DNA from: Thermoanaerobaculia bacterium
GTDB lineage: Bacteria; Acidobacteriota; Thermoanaerobaculia; UBA5066
NCBI GenBank assembly: GCA_039919545.1
Contig: JBDSFL010000567.1
Location: 1-32,412 of the forward strand
Reading direction: 5' to 3'
Length of the DNA stretch: 32,412 nt
This document shows, one piece after another, positions 31,953 through 32,412 of the stretch. The notes below the pieces were generated by a model. The model did not search any database. It had not been told where the DNA came from and worked only from the letters and a program-made list of their open reading frames with translations. Position numbers and translations under genes: made by a program. Position 1 is the stretch's first letter. Every line of letters begins with the position of its first letter.

Positions 31953-32412
31953 GTGTCGTCGCGCTTCCTCGTGCTCGCGTTCGTTCTCTCGGCAGGGCTA
32001 CCCCCCCGAGTCGCGCACGCCCAATCCCCCCCGAGCGTTCCGGGCGTCTCCACATTCTTCACCGGACGCGAGCTGCGCGTGACGGCCCACCTCGAGCCGG
32101 GCCTTCCGCCCGAGATCCGAGCGCGCCTTTCCTCAGGCCTGGCCACGACGACGGTGTGGAGCATCGGGCTCTTCGTCTTCCGCAATCTCTGGTTCGACGG
32201 AAAAAAGGACGAGCGGCTCTACCAGGTGACCGCCACGTATCGTCCCGCTAGCGGCGACTACATCCTCGAGCGCCGCATGGACGGCCGGCTCCTGGAATCG
32301 CAGGTCCTCCCGACGAAGGACGAGGCCGAGCGGGCGCTGTCGAAAGTCTCGGCGCTGCCGTGCTTCCTGATGGGAGGACACCTCACCGGAAAGAAGCTCG
32401 TGGTGAAGGTGC
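31953..32412 (+). CDS. DUF4390-like exported protein, partial (runs off the right edge)
   Basis: Not in the ORF track. My translation from GTG 31953 reads VSSRFLVLAFVLSAGLPPRVAHAQSPPSVPGVSTFFTGRELRVTAHLEPGLPPEIRARLSSGLATTTVWSIGLFVFRNLWFDGKKDERLYQVTATYRPASGDYILERRMDG... This shows a signal-like N-terminus and a pattern I associate with DUF4390. The start is uncertain. Confidence 0.5.
   Translation, partial: MSSRFLVLAFVLSAGLPPRVAHAQSPPSVPGVSTFFTGRELRVTAHLEPGLPPEIRARLSSGLATTTVWSIGLFVFRNLWFDGKKDERLYQVTATYRPASGDYILERRMDGRLLESQVLPTKDEAERALSKVSALPCFLMGGHLTGKKLVVKV

Noticed and set aside
30821-32185. N-terminal extension of about 455 codons of the 1030-aa ORF containing the HD-GYP protein
   Set aside because: It runs antisense through lpxC, which is unambiguous, and has no domain signal. 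The GAF domain begins just downstream of GTG 30820.
1-32412. Scan for tRNA/rRNA genes, CRISPR arrays, transposases, integrases, IS inverted repeats, phage genes and toxin-antitoxin or known defence-system genes
   Set aside because: I found none on either strand. All long credible ORFs are envelope, glycan or housekeeping genes, and I found no regularly spaced direct repeats.

Overview
High-GC bacterial chromosomal segment; the taxon cannot be assigned without a database search. No similarity search, HMM or structure prediction could be run, so every family call is motif recognition by eye. Almost all of the window is a cell-envelope glycan and secreted-protein locus. The right edge carries housekeeping genes: smpB, a GAF/HD-GYP protein, lpxC and a DUF4390-like gene.

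Gene order, left to right:
- a partial GT2 and an SDR epimerase
- a lipoprotein translationally coupled to a GT-C-like membrane protein
- a SAM methyltransferase
- a lipoprotein and a C25 (gingipain-family) peptidase
- a wzm-wzt ABC-2 glycan exporter followed by an ArnT/PMT-like GT-C
- two small helical ORFs and a fused GT2-GT4 glycosyltransferase
- a methyltransferase with an extra C-terminal domain
- a tightly overlapped block of DegT aminotransferase, GtrB/ArnC-like polyprenyl-phosphate GT2 and WxcM-like acetyltransferase + 3,4-ketoisomerase
- a third GT-C
- a 7.8-kb minus-strand operon (28403 down to 20631): reprolysin-like metalloprotease, an unknown secreted protein, a domain-only protein, a fourth GT-C and an FG-GAP propeller protein

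The strongest signal is in that operon. Its four secreted proteins have unrelated N-terminal modules. All four end in the same module of about 120 aa with two conserved cysteines: PCRxxDTR ... C[GS][VI]P ... RAN ... DV[NT]GYFQ-stop. A GT-C glycosyltransferase sits in the middle of the operon. A lipid-linked amino-sugar branch, an ABC glycan exporter and a C25 peptidase lie nearby.

I read this as a candidate undescribed cargo-tag, glycan-attachment or sorting system. Function is inference only. A second recurring module is an Ig-like domain ending LVxExVxWF. It occurs three times, twice associated with GT-C proteins and once with the C25 peptidase. No rRNA, tRNA, CRISPR array or mobile element was seen.
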